Below, in pieces: positions 39,501-54,500 of a stretch of DNA of 64,000 nt. Source of the stretch: Mobula hypostoma (taxonomy: Eukaryota); NCBI RefSeq assembly GCF_963921235.1, contig NC_086121.1, forward strand, positions 23,064,001 to 23,128,000, given 5' to 3'. The notes below the pieces were generated by a model. The model was given only the letters and a program-made list of their open reading frames with translations, had not been told where the DNA came from and did not search any database. Numbering within the stretch: the first letter of the stretch is position 1; each line of letters starts with the position of its first letter. Both the position numbers and the translations under genes were made by a program.

Positions 39501-42500
39501 ATCCTCTCCACATCCACTCTATCTGTGTCCTCTGGTCCGAGACTCCCCCACTACTGGAAACATCCTCTCCACATCCACTCTATCTGTGTCCTCTGGTCCG
39601 AGACTCCCCCACTACTGGAAACATCCTCTCCACATCCACTCTACCTGTGTCCTCTGGTCCGAGACTCCCCCACTACTGGAAACATCCTCTCCACATCCAC
39701 TCTACCTGTGTCCTCTGGTCCGAGACTCCCCCACTACTGGAAACATCCTCTCCACATCCACTCTATCTGTGTCCTCTGGTCCTAGACTCCCCCACTACTG
39801 GAAACATCCTCTCCACATCCACTCTACCTGTGTCCTCTGGTCCGAGACTCCCCCACTACTGGAAACATCCTCTCCACATCCACTCTACCTGTGTCCTCTG
39901 GTCCGAGACTCCCCCACTACTGGAAACATCCTCTCCACATCCACTCTATCTGTGTCCTCTGGTCCGAGACTCCCCCACTACTGGAAACATCCTCTCCACA
40001 TCCACTCTATCTGTGTCCTCTGGTCCGAGACTCCCCCACTACTGGAAACATCCTCTCCACATCCACTCTATCTGTGTCCTCTGGTCCGAGACTCCCCCAC
40101 TACTGGAAACATCCTCTCCACATCCACTCTATCTGTGTCCTCTGGTCCGAGACTCCCCCACTACTGGAAACATCCTCTCCACATCCACTCTATCTGTGTC
40201 CTCTGGTCCGAGACTCCCCCACTACTGGAAACATCCTCTCCACATCCACTCTACCTGTGTCCTCTGGTCCGAGACTCCCCCACTACTGGAAACATCCTCT
40301 CCACATCCACTCTATCTGTGTCCTCTGGTCCGAGACTCCCCCACTACTGGAAACATCCTCTCCACATCCACTCTATCTGTGTCCTCTGGTCCGAGACTCC
40401 CCCACTATAGGAAACATCCTCTCCACATCCACTCTATCTGTGTCCTCTGGTCCGAGACTCCCCCACTACTGGAAACATCCTCTCCACATCCACTCTATCT
40501 GTGTCCTCTGGTCCGAGACTCCCCCACTACTGGAAACATCCTCTCCACATCCACTCTATCTGTGTCCTCTGGTCCGAGACTCCCCCACTACTGGAAACAT
40601 CCTCTCCACATCCACTCTATCTGTGTCCTCTGGTCCGAGACTCCCCCACTACTGGAAACATCCTCTCCACATCCACTCTATCTGTGTCCTCTGGTCCGAG
40701 ACTCCCCCACTACTGGAAACATCCTCTCCACATCCACTCTATCTGTGTCCTCTGGTCCGAGACTCCCCCACTACTGGAAACATCCTCTCCACATCCACTC
40801 TACCTGTGTCCTCTGGTCCGAGACTCCCCCACTACTGGAAACATCCTCTCCACATCCACTCTATCTGTGTCCTCTGGTCCGAGACTCCCCCACTACTGGA
40901 AACATCCTCTCCACATCCACTCTATCTGTGTCCTCTGGTCCGAGACTCCCCCACTATAGGAAACATCCTCTCCACATCCACTCTATCTGTGTCCTCTGGT
41001 CCGAGACTCCCCCACTACTGGAAACATCCTCTCCACATCCACTCTACCTGTGTCCTCTGGTCCTAGACTCCCCCACTACTGGAAACATCCTCTCCACATC
41101 CACTCTACCTGTGTCCTCTGGTCCTAGACTCCCCCACTACTGGAAACATCCTCTCCACATCCACTCTATCTGTGTCCTCTGGCCCTAGACTCCCCCACTA
41201 CTGGAAACATCCTCTCCACATCCACTCTATCTGTGTCCTCTGGCCCTAGACTCCCCCACTACTGGAAACATCCTCTCCACATCCACTCTATCTGTGTCCT
41301 CTGGTCCGAGACTCCCCCACTACTGGAAACATCCTCTCCACATCCACTCTATCTGTGTCCTCTGGTCCGAGACTCCCCCACTACTGGAAACATCCTCTCC
41401 ACATCCACTCTATCTGTGTCCTCTGGTCCGAGACTCCCCCACTATAGGAAACATCCTCTCCACATCCACTCTATCTGTGTCCTCTGGTCCGAGACTCCCC
41501 CACTACTGGAAACATCCTCTCCACATCCACTCTACCTGTGTCCTCTGGTCCTAGACTCCCCCACTACTGGAAACATCCTCTCCACATCCACTCTACCTGT
41601 GTCCTCTGGTCCTAGACTCCCCCACTACTGGAAACATCCTCTCCACATCCACTCTATCTGTGTCCTCTGGCCCTAGACTCCCCCACTACTGGAAACATCC
41701 TCTCCACATCCACTCTATCTGTGTCCTCTGGCCCTAGACTCCCCCACTACTGGAAACATCCTCTCCACATCCACTCTATCTGTGTCCTCTGGTCCGAGAC
41801 TCCCCCACTACTGGAAACATCCTCTCCACATCCACTCTATCTGTGTCCTCTGGTCCAGACTCCCCCACTACTGGAAACATCCTCTCCACATCCACTCTAT
41901 CTGTGTCCTCTGGTCCGAGACTCCCCCACTACTGGAAACATCCTCTCCACATCCACTCTATCTGTGTCCTCTGGTCCTAGACTCCCCCACTACAGGAAAC
42001 ATCCTCTCCACATCCACTCTATCTGTGTCCTCTGGTCCGAGACTCCCCCACTACTGGAAACATCCTCTCCACATCCACTCTATCTGTGTCCTCTGGTCCG
42101 AGACTCCCCCACTACTGGAAACATCCTCTCCACATCCACTCTATCTGTGTCCTCTGGTCCGAGACTCCCCCACTACTGGAAACATCCTCTCCACATCCAC
42201 TCTATCTGTGTCCTCTGGTCCTAGACTCCCCCACTACTGGAAACATCCTCTCCACATCCACTCTACCTGTGTCCTCTGGCCCTAGACTCCCCCACTATAG
42301 GAAACATCCTCTCCACATCCACTCTATCTGTGTCCTCTGGTCCTAGACTCCCCCACTACTGGAAACATCCTCTCCACATCCACTCTACCTGTGTCCTCTG
42401 GCCCTAGACTCCCCCACTACTGGAAACATCCTCTCCACATCCACTCTATCTGTGTCCTCTGGTCCTAGACTCCCCCACTACTGGAAACATCCTCTCCACA

Positions 42501-45500
42501 TCCACTCTACCTGTGTCCTCTGGCCCTAGACTCCCCCACTATAGGAAACATCCTCTCCACATCCACTCTATCTGTGTCCTCTGGTCCTAGACTCCCCCAC
42601 TATAGGAAACATCCTCTCCACATCCACTCTACCTGTGTCCTCTGGTCCGAGACTCCCCCACTACTGGAAACATCCTCTCCACATCCACTCTATCTGTGTC
42701 CTCTGGCCCTAGACTCCCCCACTACTGGAAACATCCTCTCCACATCCACTCTATCTGTGTCCTCTGGTCCTAGACTCCCCCACTACTGGAAACATCCTCT
42801 CCACATCCACTCTACCTGTGTCCTCTGGTCCGAGACTCCCCCACTACTGGAAACATCCTCTCCACATCCACTCTATCTGTGTCCTCTGGTCCTAGACTCC
42901 CCCACTACTGGAAACATCCTCTCCACATCCACTCTATCTGTGTCCTCTGGCCCTAGACTCCCCCACTACTGGAAACATCCTCTCCACATCCACTCTATCT
43001 GTGTCCTCTGGTCCTAGACTCGCCCACTACAGGAAACATCCTCTCCATATCCACTCTATCTGTGTCCTCTGGTCCGAGACTCCCCCACTACTGGAAACAT
43101 CCTCTCCACATCCACTCTATCTGTGTCCTCTGGTCCTAGACTCCCCCACTACTGGAAACATCCTCTCCACATCCACTCTATCTGTGTCCTCTGGTCCTAG
43201 ACTCCCCCACTATAGGAAACATCCTCTCCACATTCACTCTATCTGTGTCCTCTGGTCCTAGACTCCCCCACTACTGGAAACATCCTCTCCACATCCACTC
43301 TATCTGTGTCCTCTGGTCCTAGACTCCCCCACTACTGGAAACATCCTCTCCACATCCACTCTATCTGTGTCCTCTGGTCCTAGACTCCCCCACTACTGGA
43401 AACATCCTCTCCACATCCACTCTATCTGTGTCCTCTGGTCCTAGACTCCCCCACTACTGGAAACATCCTCTCCACATCCACTCTATCTGTGTCCTCTGGT
43501 CCTAGACTCCCCCACTATAGGAAACATCCTCTCCACATCCACTCTATCTGTGTCCTCTGGTCCTAGACTCCCCCACTATAGGAAACATCCTCTCCACATC
43601 CACTCTATCTGTGTCCTCTGGTCCGAGACTCCCCCACTACTGGAAACATCCTCTCCACATCCACTCTATCTGTGTCCTCTGGTCCTAGACTCCCCCACTA
43701 CTGGAAACATCCTCTCCACATCCACTCTATCTGTGTCCTCTGGTCCGAGACTCGCCCACTACAGGAAACATCCTCTCCATATCCACTCTATCTGTGTCCT
43801 CTGGTCCGAGACTCCCCCACTACTGGAAACATCCTCTCCACATCCACTCTATCTGTGTCCTCTGGTCCTAGACTCCCCCACTACTGGAAACATCCTCTCC
43901 ACATCCACTCTATCTGTGTCCTCTGGTCCTAGACTCCCCCACTATAGGAAACATCCTCTCCACATTCACTCTATCTGTGTCCTCTGGTCCTAGACTCCCC
44001 CACTACTGGAAACATCCTCTCCACATCCACTCTATCTGTGTCCTCTGGTCCTAGACTCCCCCACTACTGGAAACATCCTCTCCACATCCACTCTATCTGT
44101 GTCCTCTGGTCCGAGACTCCCCCACTACTGGAAACATCCTCTCCACATCCACTCTATCTGTGTCCTCTGGTCCTAGACTCCCCCACTACTGGAAACATCC
44201 TCTCCACATCCACTCTATCTGTGTCCTCTGGTCCGAGACTCGCCCACTACAGGAAACATCCTCTCCATATCCACTCTATCTGTGTCCTCTGGTCCGAGAC
44301 TCCCCCACTACTGGAAACATCCTCTCCACATCCACTCTATCTGTGTCCTCTGGTCCTAGACTCCCCCACTACTGGAAACATCCTCTCCACATCCACTCTA
44401 TCTGTGTCCTCTGGTCCTAGACTCCCCCACTATAGGAAACATCCTCTCCACATCCACTCTATCTGTGTCCTCTGGTCCTAGACTCCCCCACTACTGGAAA
44501 CATCCTCTCCACATCCACTCTATCTGTGTCCTCTGGTCCTAGACTCCCCCACTACTGGAAACATCCTCTCCACATCCACTCTATCTGTGTCCTCTGGTCC
44601 TAGACTCCCCCACTACTGGAAACATCCTCTCCACATCCACTCTATCTGTGTCCTCTGGTCCTAGACTCCCCCACTACTGGAAACATCCTCTCCACATCCA
44701 CTCTACCTGTGTCCTCTGGTCCTAGACTCCCCCACTACAGGAAACATCCTCTCCACATCCACTCTATCTGTGTCCTCTGGTCCTAGACTCCCCCACTACA
44801 GGAAACATCCTCTCCACATCCACTCTATCTGTGTCCTCTGGTCCGAGACTCCCCCACTACTGGAAACATCCTCTCCACATCCACTCTACCTGTGTCCTCT
44901 GGTCCGAGACTCCCCCACTACTGGAAACATCCTCTCCACATCCACTCTACCTGTGTCCTCTGGTCCGAGACTCCCCCACTACTGGAAACATCCTCTCCAC
45001 ATCCACTCTACCTGTGTCCTCTGGTCCTAGACTCCCCCACTACTGGAAACATCCTCTCCACATCCACTCTATCTGTGTCCTCTGGTCCGAGACTCCCCCA
45101 CTACTGGAAACATCCTCTCCACATCCACTCTATCTGTGTCCTCTGGTCCGAGACTCCCCCACTACTGGAAACATCCTCTCCACATCCACTCTACCTGTGT
45201 CCTCTGGTCCTAGACTCCCCCACTACTGGAAACATCCTCTCCACATCCACTCTATCTGTGTCCTCTGGCCCTAGACTCCCCCACTACTGGAAACATCCTC
45301 TCCACATCCACTCTATCTGTGTCCTCTGGTCCGAGACTCCCCCACTACTGGAAACATCCTCTCCACATCCACTCTATCTGTGTCCTCTGGTCCGAGACTC
45401 CCCCACTACTGGAAACATCCTCTCCACATCCACTCTATCTGTGTCCTCTGGCCCTAGACTCCCCCACTACTGGAAACATCCTCTCCACATCCACTCTATC

Positions 45501-48500
45501 TGTGTCCTCTGGCCCTAGACTCCCCCACTACTGGAAACATCCTCTCCACATCCACTCTATCTGTGTCCTCTGGCCCTAGACTCCCCCACTACTGGAAACA
45601 TCCTCTCCACATCCACTCTACCTGTGTCCTCTGGTCCGAGACTCCCCCACTACTGGAAACATCCTCTCCACATCCACTCTATCTGTGTCCTCTGGTCCGA
45701 GACTCCCCCACTACTGGAAACATCCTCTCCACATCCACTCTATCTGTGTCCTCTGGTCCTAGACTCCCCCACTACTGGAAACATCCTCTCCACATCCACT
45801 CTATCTGTGTCCTCTGGTCCGAGACTCCCCCACTACTGGAAACATCCTCTCCACATCCACTCTATCTGTGTCCTCTGGCCCTAGACTCCCCCACTACTGG
45901 AAACATCCTCTCCACATCCACTCTATCTGTGTCCTCTGGCCCTAGACTCCCCCACTACTGGAAACATCCTCTCCACATCCACTCTACCTGTGTCCTCTGG
46001 TCCGAGACTCCCCCACTACTGGAAACATCCTCTCCACATCCACTCTATCTGTGTCCTCTGGTCCGAGACTCCCCCACTACTGGAAACATCCTCTCCACAT
46101 CCACTCTATCTGTGTCCTCTGGTCCGAGACTCCCCCACTACTGGAAACATCCTCTCCACATCCACTCTATCTGTGTCCTCTGGTCCGAGACTCCCCCACT
46201 ACTGGAAACATCCTCTCCACATCCACTCTATCTGTGTCCTCTGGTCCGAGACTCCCCCACTATAGGAAACATCCTCTCCACATCCACTCTATCTGTGTCC
46301 TCTGGTCCGAGACTCCCCCACTACTGGAAACATCCTCTCCACATCCACTCTATCTGTGTCCTCTGGTCCGAGACTCCCCCACTACTGGAAACATCCTCTC
46401 CACATCCACTCTACCTGTGTCCTCTGGTCCGAGACTCCCCCACTACTGGAAACATCCTCTCCACATCCACTCTATCTGTGTCCTCTGGTCCGAGACTCCC
46501 CCACTACTGGAAACATCCTCTCCACATCCACTCTACCTGTGTCCTCTGGTCCGAGACTCCCCCACTACTGGAAACATCCTCTCCACATCCACTCTATCTG
46601 TGTCCTCTGGTCCTAGACTCCCCCACTACTGGAAACATCCTCTCCACATCCACTCTATCTGTGTCCTCTGGTCCTAGACTCCCCCACTACTGGAAACATC
46701 CTCTCCACATCCACTCTATCTGTGTCCTCTGGTCCTAGACTCCCCCACTACTGGAAACATCCTCTCCACATCCACTCTATCTGTGTCCTCTGGTCCTAGA
46801 CTCCCCCACTACTGGAAACATCCTCTCCACATCCACTCTATCTGTGTCCTCTGGTCCTAGACTCCCCCACTACTGGAAACATCCTCTCCACATCCACTCT
46901 ACCTGTGTCCTCTGGTCCTAGACTCCCCCACTACTGGAAACATCCTCTCCACATCCACTCTATCTGTGTCCTCTGGCCCTAGACTCCCCCACTACTGGAA
47001 ACATCCTCTCCACATCCACTCTATCTGTGTCCTCTGGTCCAGACTCCCCCACTACTGGAAACATCCTCTCCACATCCACTCTATCTGTGTCCTCTGGTCC
47101 TAGACTCCCCCACTACTGGAAACATCCTCTCCACATCCACTCTATCTGTGTCCTCTGGTCCGAGACTCCCCCACTACTGGAAACATCCTCTCCACATCCA
47201 CTCTATCTGTGTCCTCTGGTCCTAGACTCCCCCACTACTGGAAACATCCTCTCCACATCCACTCTACCTGTGTCCTCTGGTCCTAGACTCCCCCACTACT
47301 GGAAACATCCTCTCCACATCCACTCTATCTGTGTCCTCTGGCCCTAGACTCCCCCACTACTGGAAACATCCTCTCCACATCCACTCTATCTGTGTCCTCT
47401 GGTCCGAGACTCCCCCACTACTGGAAACATCCTCTCCACATCCACTCTATCTGTGTCCTCTGGTCCGAGACTCCCCCACTACTGGAAACATCCTCTCCAC
47501 ATCCACTCTATCTGTGTCCTCTGGTCCGAGACTCCCCCACTACTGGAAACATCCTCTCCACATCCACTCTATCTGTGTCCTCTGGTCCGAGACTCCCCCA
47601 CTACTGGAAACATCCTCTCCACATCCACTCTATCTGTGTCCTCTGGCCCTAGACTCCCCCCACCATAGGAAACATCCTCTCCACATCCACTCTATCTGTG
47701 TCCTCTGGCCCTAGACTCCCCCCACTACAGGAAACATCCTCTCCACATCCACTCTATCTGTGTCCTCTGGTCCTAGACTCCCCCCACTACAGGAAACATC
47801 CTCTCCACATCCACTCTATCTGTGTCCTCTGGTCCGAGACTCCCCCACTACTGGAAACATCCTCTCCACATCCACTCTATCTGTGTCCTCTGGCCCTAGA
47901 CTCCCCCCACTACAGGAAACATCCTCTCCACATCCACTCTATCTGTGTCCTCTGGTCCTAGACTCCCCCCACTACAGGAAACATCCTCTCCACATCCACT
48001 CTATCTGTGTCCTCTGGCCCTAGACTCCCCCACTACTGGAAACATCCTCTCCACATCCACTCTATCTGTGTCCTCTGGTCCTAGACTCCCCCCACTACTG
48101 GAAACATCCTCTCCACATCCACTCTATCTGTGTCCTCTGGTCCGAGACTCCCCCACTACAGGAAACATCCTCTCCACATCCACTCTATCTGTGTCCTCTG
48201 GTCCGAGACTCCCCCACTACTGGAAACATCCTCTCCACATCCACTCTATCTGTGTCCTCTGGTCCGAGACTCCCCCACTACTGGAAACATCCTCTCCACA
48301 TCCACTCTATCTGTGTCCTCTGGTCCGAGACTCCCCCACTACTGGAAACATCCTCTCCACATCCACTCTATCTGTGTCCTCTGGTCCGAGACTCCCCCAC
48401 TACTGGAAACATCCTCTCCACATCCACTCTATCTGTGTCCTCTGGTCCGAGACTCCCCCACTACTGGAAACATCCTCTCCACATCCACTCTATCTGTGTC

Positions 48501-51500
48501 CTCTGGTCCGAGACTCCCCCACTACTGGAAACATCCTCTCCACATCCACTCTATCTGTGTCCTCTGGCCCTAGACTCCCCCACTACTGGAAACATCCTCT
48601 CCACATCCACTCTATCTGTGTCCTCTGGTCCGAGACTCCCCCACTACTGGAAACATCCTCTCCACATCCACTCTATCTGTGTCCTCTGGTCCGAGACTCC
48701 CCCACTACTGGAAACATCCTCTCCACATCCACTCTATCTGTGTCCTCTGGTCCGAGACTCCCCCACTACTGGAAACATCCTCTCCACATCCACTCTATCT
48801 GTGTCCTCTGGTCCGAGACTCCCCCACTACTGGAAACATCCTCTCCACATCCACTCTATCTGTGTCCTCTGGTCCTAGACTCCCCCACTACTGGAAACAT
48901 CCTCTCCACATCCACTCTACCTGTGTCCTCTGGTCCTAGACTCCCCCACTACTGGAAACATCCTCTCCACATCCACTCTATCTGTGTCCTCTGGTCCGAG
49001 ACTCCCCCACTACTGGAAACATCCTCTCCACATCCACTCTATCTGTGTCCTCTGGTCCGAGACTCCCCCACTACTGGAAACATCCTCTCCACATCCACTC
49101 TATCTGTGTCCTCTGGTCCGAGACTCCCCCACTACTGGAAACATCCTCTCCACATCCACTCTATCCTGTGTCCTCTGGTCCGAGACTCCCCCACTACTGG
49201 AAACATCCTCTCCACATCCACTCTATCTGTGTCCTCTGGCCCTAGACTCCCCCACTACTGGAAACATCCTCTCCACATCCACTCTATCTGTGTCCTCTGG
49301 TCCGAGACTCCCCCACTACTGGAAACATCCTCTCCACATCCACTCTATCTGTGTCCTCTGGTCCGAGACTCCCCCACTACTGGAAACATCCTCTCCACAT
49401 CCACTCTATCTGTGTCCTCTGGCCCTAGACTCCCCCACTACTGGAAACATCCTCTCCACATTCACTCTATCTGTGTCCTCTGGCCCTAGACTCCCCCACT
49501 ACTGGAAACATCCTCTCCACATCCACTCTATCTGTGTCCTCTGGTCCGAGACTCCCCCACTACTGGAAACATCCTCTCCACATCCACTCTATCTGTGTCC
49601 TCTGGTCCGAGACTCCCCCACTACTGGAAACATCCTCTCCACATCCACTCTATCTGTGTCCTCTGGTCCGAGACTCCCCCACTACTGGAAACATCCTCTC
49701 CACATCCACTCTATCTGTGTCCTCTGGTCCTAGACTCCCCCACTACTGGAAACATCCTCTCCACATCCACTCTATCTGTGTCCTCTGGCCCTAGACTCCC
49801 CCACTACTGGAAACATCCTCTCCACATCCACTCTATCTGTGTCCTCTGGTCCTAGACTCCCCCACTACAGGAAACATCCTCTCCACATCCACTCTATCTG
49901 TGTCCTCTGGTCCGAGACTCCCCCCACTACTGGAAACATCCTCTCCACATCCACTCTATCTGTGTCCTCTGGTCCGAGACTCCCCCACTACTGGAAACAT
50001 CCTCTCCACATCCACTCTATCTGTGTCCTCTGGTCCTAGACTCCCCCACTACTGGAAACATCCTCTCCACATCCACTCTATCTGTGTCCTCTGGCCCTAG
50101 ACTCCCCCCACTACTGGAAACATCCTCTCCACATCCACTCTATCTGTGTCCTCTGGTCCGAGACTCCCCCCACTACTGGAAACATCCTCTCCACATCCAC
50201 TCTATCTGTGTCCTCTGGTCCAGACTCCCCCACTACAGGAAACATCCTCTCCACATCCACTCTACCTGTGTCCTCTGGTCCTAGACTCCCCCACTACTGG
50301 AAACATCCTCTCCACATCCACTCTATCTGTGTCCTCTGGCCCTAGACTCCCCCACTACTGGAAACATCCTCTCCACATTCACTCTATCTGTGTCCTCTGG
50401 CCTAGACTCCCCCACTACTGGAAACATCCTCTCCACATTCACTCTACCTGTGTCCTCTGGCCCTAGACTCCCCCACTACTGGAAACATCCTCTCCACATT
50501 CACTCTATCTGTGTCCTCTGGCCCTAGACTCCCCCACTACTGGAAACATCCTCTCCACATCCACTCTATCTGTGTCCTCTGGCCCTAGACTCCCCCACTA
50601 CTGGAAACATCCTCTCCACATCCACTCTATCTGTGTCCTCTGGCCCTAGACTCCCCCACTACTGGAAACATCCTCTCCACATCCACTCTATCTGTGTCCT
50701 CTGGCCCTAGACTCCCCCACTACTGGAAACATCCTCTCCACATCCACTCTATCTGTGTCCTCTGGCCCTAGACTCCCCCACTACTGGAAACATCCTCTCC
50801 ACATCCACTCTATCTGTGTCCTCTGGCCCTAGACTCCCCCACTACTGGAAACATCCTCTCCACATTCACTCTACCTGTGTCCTCTGGTCCTAGACTCCCC
50901 CACTACTGGAAACATCCTCTCCACATCCACTCTATCTGTGTCCTCTGGTCCTAGACTCCCCCACTACTGGAAACATCCTCTCCACATCCACTCTACCTGT
51001 GTCCTCTGGTCCGAGACTCCCCCCACCATAGGAAACATCCTCTCCACATCCACTCTATCTGTGTCCTCTGGTCCGAGACTCCCCCACTACTGGAAACATC
51101 CTCTCCACATCCACTCTACCTGTGTCCTCTGGTCCGAGACTCCCCCACTACTGGAAACATCGTCTCCACATCCACTCTATCTGTGTCCTCTGGTCCTAGA
51201 CTCCCCCACTACTGGAAACATCCTCTCCACATCCACTCTATCTGTGTCCTCTGGTCCGAGACTCCCCCACTACTGGAAACATCCTCTCCACATCCACTCT
51301 ATCTGTGTCCTCTGGCCCTAGACTCCCCCACTACTGGAAACATCCTCTCCACATCCACTCTATCTGTGTCCTCTGGTCCGAGACTCCCCCACTACTGGAA
51401 ACATCCTCTCCACATCCACTCTACCTGTGTCCTCTGGCCCTAGACTCCCCCACTACTGGAAACATCCTCTCCACATCCACTCTACCTGTGTCCTCTGGTC

Positions 51501-54500
51501 CTAGACTCCCCCACTACTGGAAACATCCTCTCCACATCCACTCTATCTGTGTCCTCTGGTCCGAGACTCCCCCACTACTGGAAACATCCTCTCCACATCC
51601 ACTCTATCTGTGTCCTCTGGTCCGAGACTCCCCCACTACTGGAAACATCCTCTCCACATCCACTCTACCTGTGTCCTCTGGCCCTAGACTCCCCCACTAC
51701 TGGAAACATCCTCTCCACATCCACTCTATCTGTGTCCTCTGGTCCGAGACTCCCCCACTACTGGAAACATCCTCTCCACATCCACTCTATCTGTGTCCTC
51801 TGGTCCGAGACTCCCCCACTACTGGAAACATCCTCTCCACATCCACTCTATCTGTGTCCTCTGGCCCTAGACTCCCCCACTACTGGAAACATCCTCTCCA
51901 CATCCACTCTATCTGTGTCCTCTGGCCCTAGACTCCCCCACTACTGGAAACATCCTCTCCACATCCACTCTATCTGTGTCCTCTGGTCCGAGACTCCCCC
52001 ACTACTGGAAACATCCTCTCCACATCCACTCTATCTGTGTCCTCTGGTCCGAGACTCCCCCACTACTGGAAACATCCTCTCCACATCCACTCTATCTGTG
52101 TCCTCTGGTCCGAGACTCCCCCACTATAGGAAACATCCTCTCCACATCCACTCTATCTGTGTCCTCTGGTCCGAGACTCCCCCACTACTGGAAACATCCT
52201 CTCCACATCCACTCTACCTGTGTCCTCTGGTCCTAGACTCCCCCACTACTGGAAACATCCTCTCCACATCCACTCTACCTGTGTCCTCTGGTCCTAGACT
52301 CCCCCACTACTGGAAACATCCTCTCCACATCCACTCTATCTGTGTCCTCTGGCCCTAGACTCCCCCACTACTGGAAACATCCTCTCCACATCCACTCTAT
52401 CTGTGTCCTCTGGCCCTAGACTCCCCCACTACTGGAAACATCCTCTCCACATCCACTCTATCTGTGTCCTCTGGTCCGAGACTCCCCCACTACTGGAAAC
52501 ATCCTCTCCACATCCACTCTATCTGTGTCCTCTGGTCCGAGACTCCCCCACTACTGGAAACATCCTCTCCACATCCACTCTATCTGTGTCCTCTGGTCCT
52601 AGACTCCCCCACTACTGGAAACATCCTCTCCACATCCACTCTATCTGTGTCCTCTGGTCCTAGACTCCCCCACTACAGGAAACATCCTCTCCACATCCAC
52701 TCTATCTGTGTCCTCTGGTCCTAGACTCCCCCACTACTGGAAACATCCTCTCCACATCCACTCTATCTGTGTCCTCTGGTCCTAGACTCCCCCACTACTG
52801 GAAACATCCTCTCCACATCCACTCTACCTGTGTCCTCTGGTCCGAGACTCCCCCCACTACTGGAAACATCCTCTCCACATCCACTCTATCTGTGTCCTCT
52901 GGTCCTAGACTCCCCCACTACTGGAAACATCCTCTCCACATCCACTCTACCTGTGTCCTCTGGTCCTAGACTCCCCCACTATAGGAAACATCCTCTCCAC
53001 ATCCACTCTATCTGTGTCCTCTGGTCCTAGACTCCCCCACTACTGGAAACATCCTCTCCACATCCACTCTATCTGTGTCCTCTGGCCCTAGACTCCCCCA
53101 CTACTGGAAACATCCTCTCCACATCCACTCTATCTGTGTCCTCTGGTCCTAGACTCCCCCACTACTGGAAACATCCTCTCCACATCCACTCTACCTGTGT
53201 CCTCTGGCCCTAGACTCCCCCACTATAGGAAACATCCTCTCCACATCCACTCTATCTGTGTCCTCTGGTCCTAGACTCCCCCACTACTGGAAACATCCTC
53301 TCCACATCCACTCTACCTGTGTCCTCTGGCCCTAGACTCCCCCACTACTGGAAACATCCTCTCCACATCCACTCTATCTGTGTCCTCTGGCCCTAGACTC
53401 CCCCACTACTGGAAACATCCTCTCCACATCCACTCTATCTGTGTCCTCTGGTCCGAGACTCCCCCACTACTGGAAACATCCTCTCCACATCCACTCTACC
53501 TGTGTCCTCTGGTCCGAGACTCCCCCACTACTGGAAACATCCTCTCCACATCCACTCTATCTGTGTCCTCTGGTCCTAGACTCCCCCACTACTGGAAACA
53601 TCCTCTCCACATCCACTCTATCTGTGTCCTCTGGCCCTAGACTCCCCCACTACTGGAAACATCCTCTCCACATCCACTCTATCTGTGTCCTCTGGTCCTA
53701 GACTCGCCCACTACAGGAAACATCCTCTCCATATCCACTCTATCTGTGTCCTCTGGTCCGAGACTCCCCCACTACTGGAAACATCCTCTCCACATCCACT
53801 CTATCTGTGTCCTCTGGTCCTAGACTCCCCCACTACTGGAAACATCCTCTCCACATCCACTCTATCTGTGTCCTCTGGTCCTAGACTCCCCCACTATAGG
53901 AAACATCCTCTCCACATTCACTCTATCTGTGTCCTCTGGTCCTAGACTCCCCCACTACTGGAAACATCCTCTCCACATCCACTCTATCTGTGTCCTCTGG
54001 TCCTAGACTCCCCCACTACTGGAAACATCCTCTCCACATCCACTCTATCTGTGTCCTCTGGTCCTAGACTCCCCCACTACTGGAAACATCCTCTCCACAT
54101 CCACTCTATCTGTGTCCTCTGGTCCTAGACTCCCCCACTACTGGAAACATCCTCTCCACATCCACTCTATCTGTGTCCTCTGGTCCTAGACTCCCCCACT
54201 ATAGGAAACATCCTCTCCACATCCACTCTATCTGTGTCCTCTGGTCCTAGACTCCCCCACTATAGGAAACATCCTCTCCACATCCACTCTATCTGTGTCC
54301 TCTGGTCCGAGACTCCCCCACTACTGGAAACATCCTCTCCACATCCACTCTATCTGTGTCCTCTGGTCCTAGACTCCCCCACTACTGGAAACATCCTCTC
54401 CACATCCACTCTATCTGTGTCCTCTGGTCCGAGACTCGCCCACTACAGGAAACATCCTCTCCATATCCACTCTATCTGTGTCCTCTGGTCCGAGACTCCC

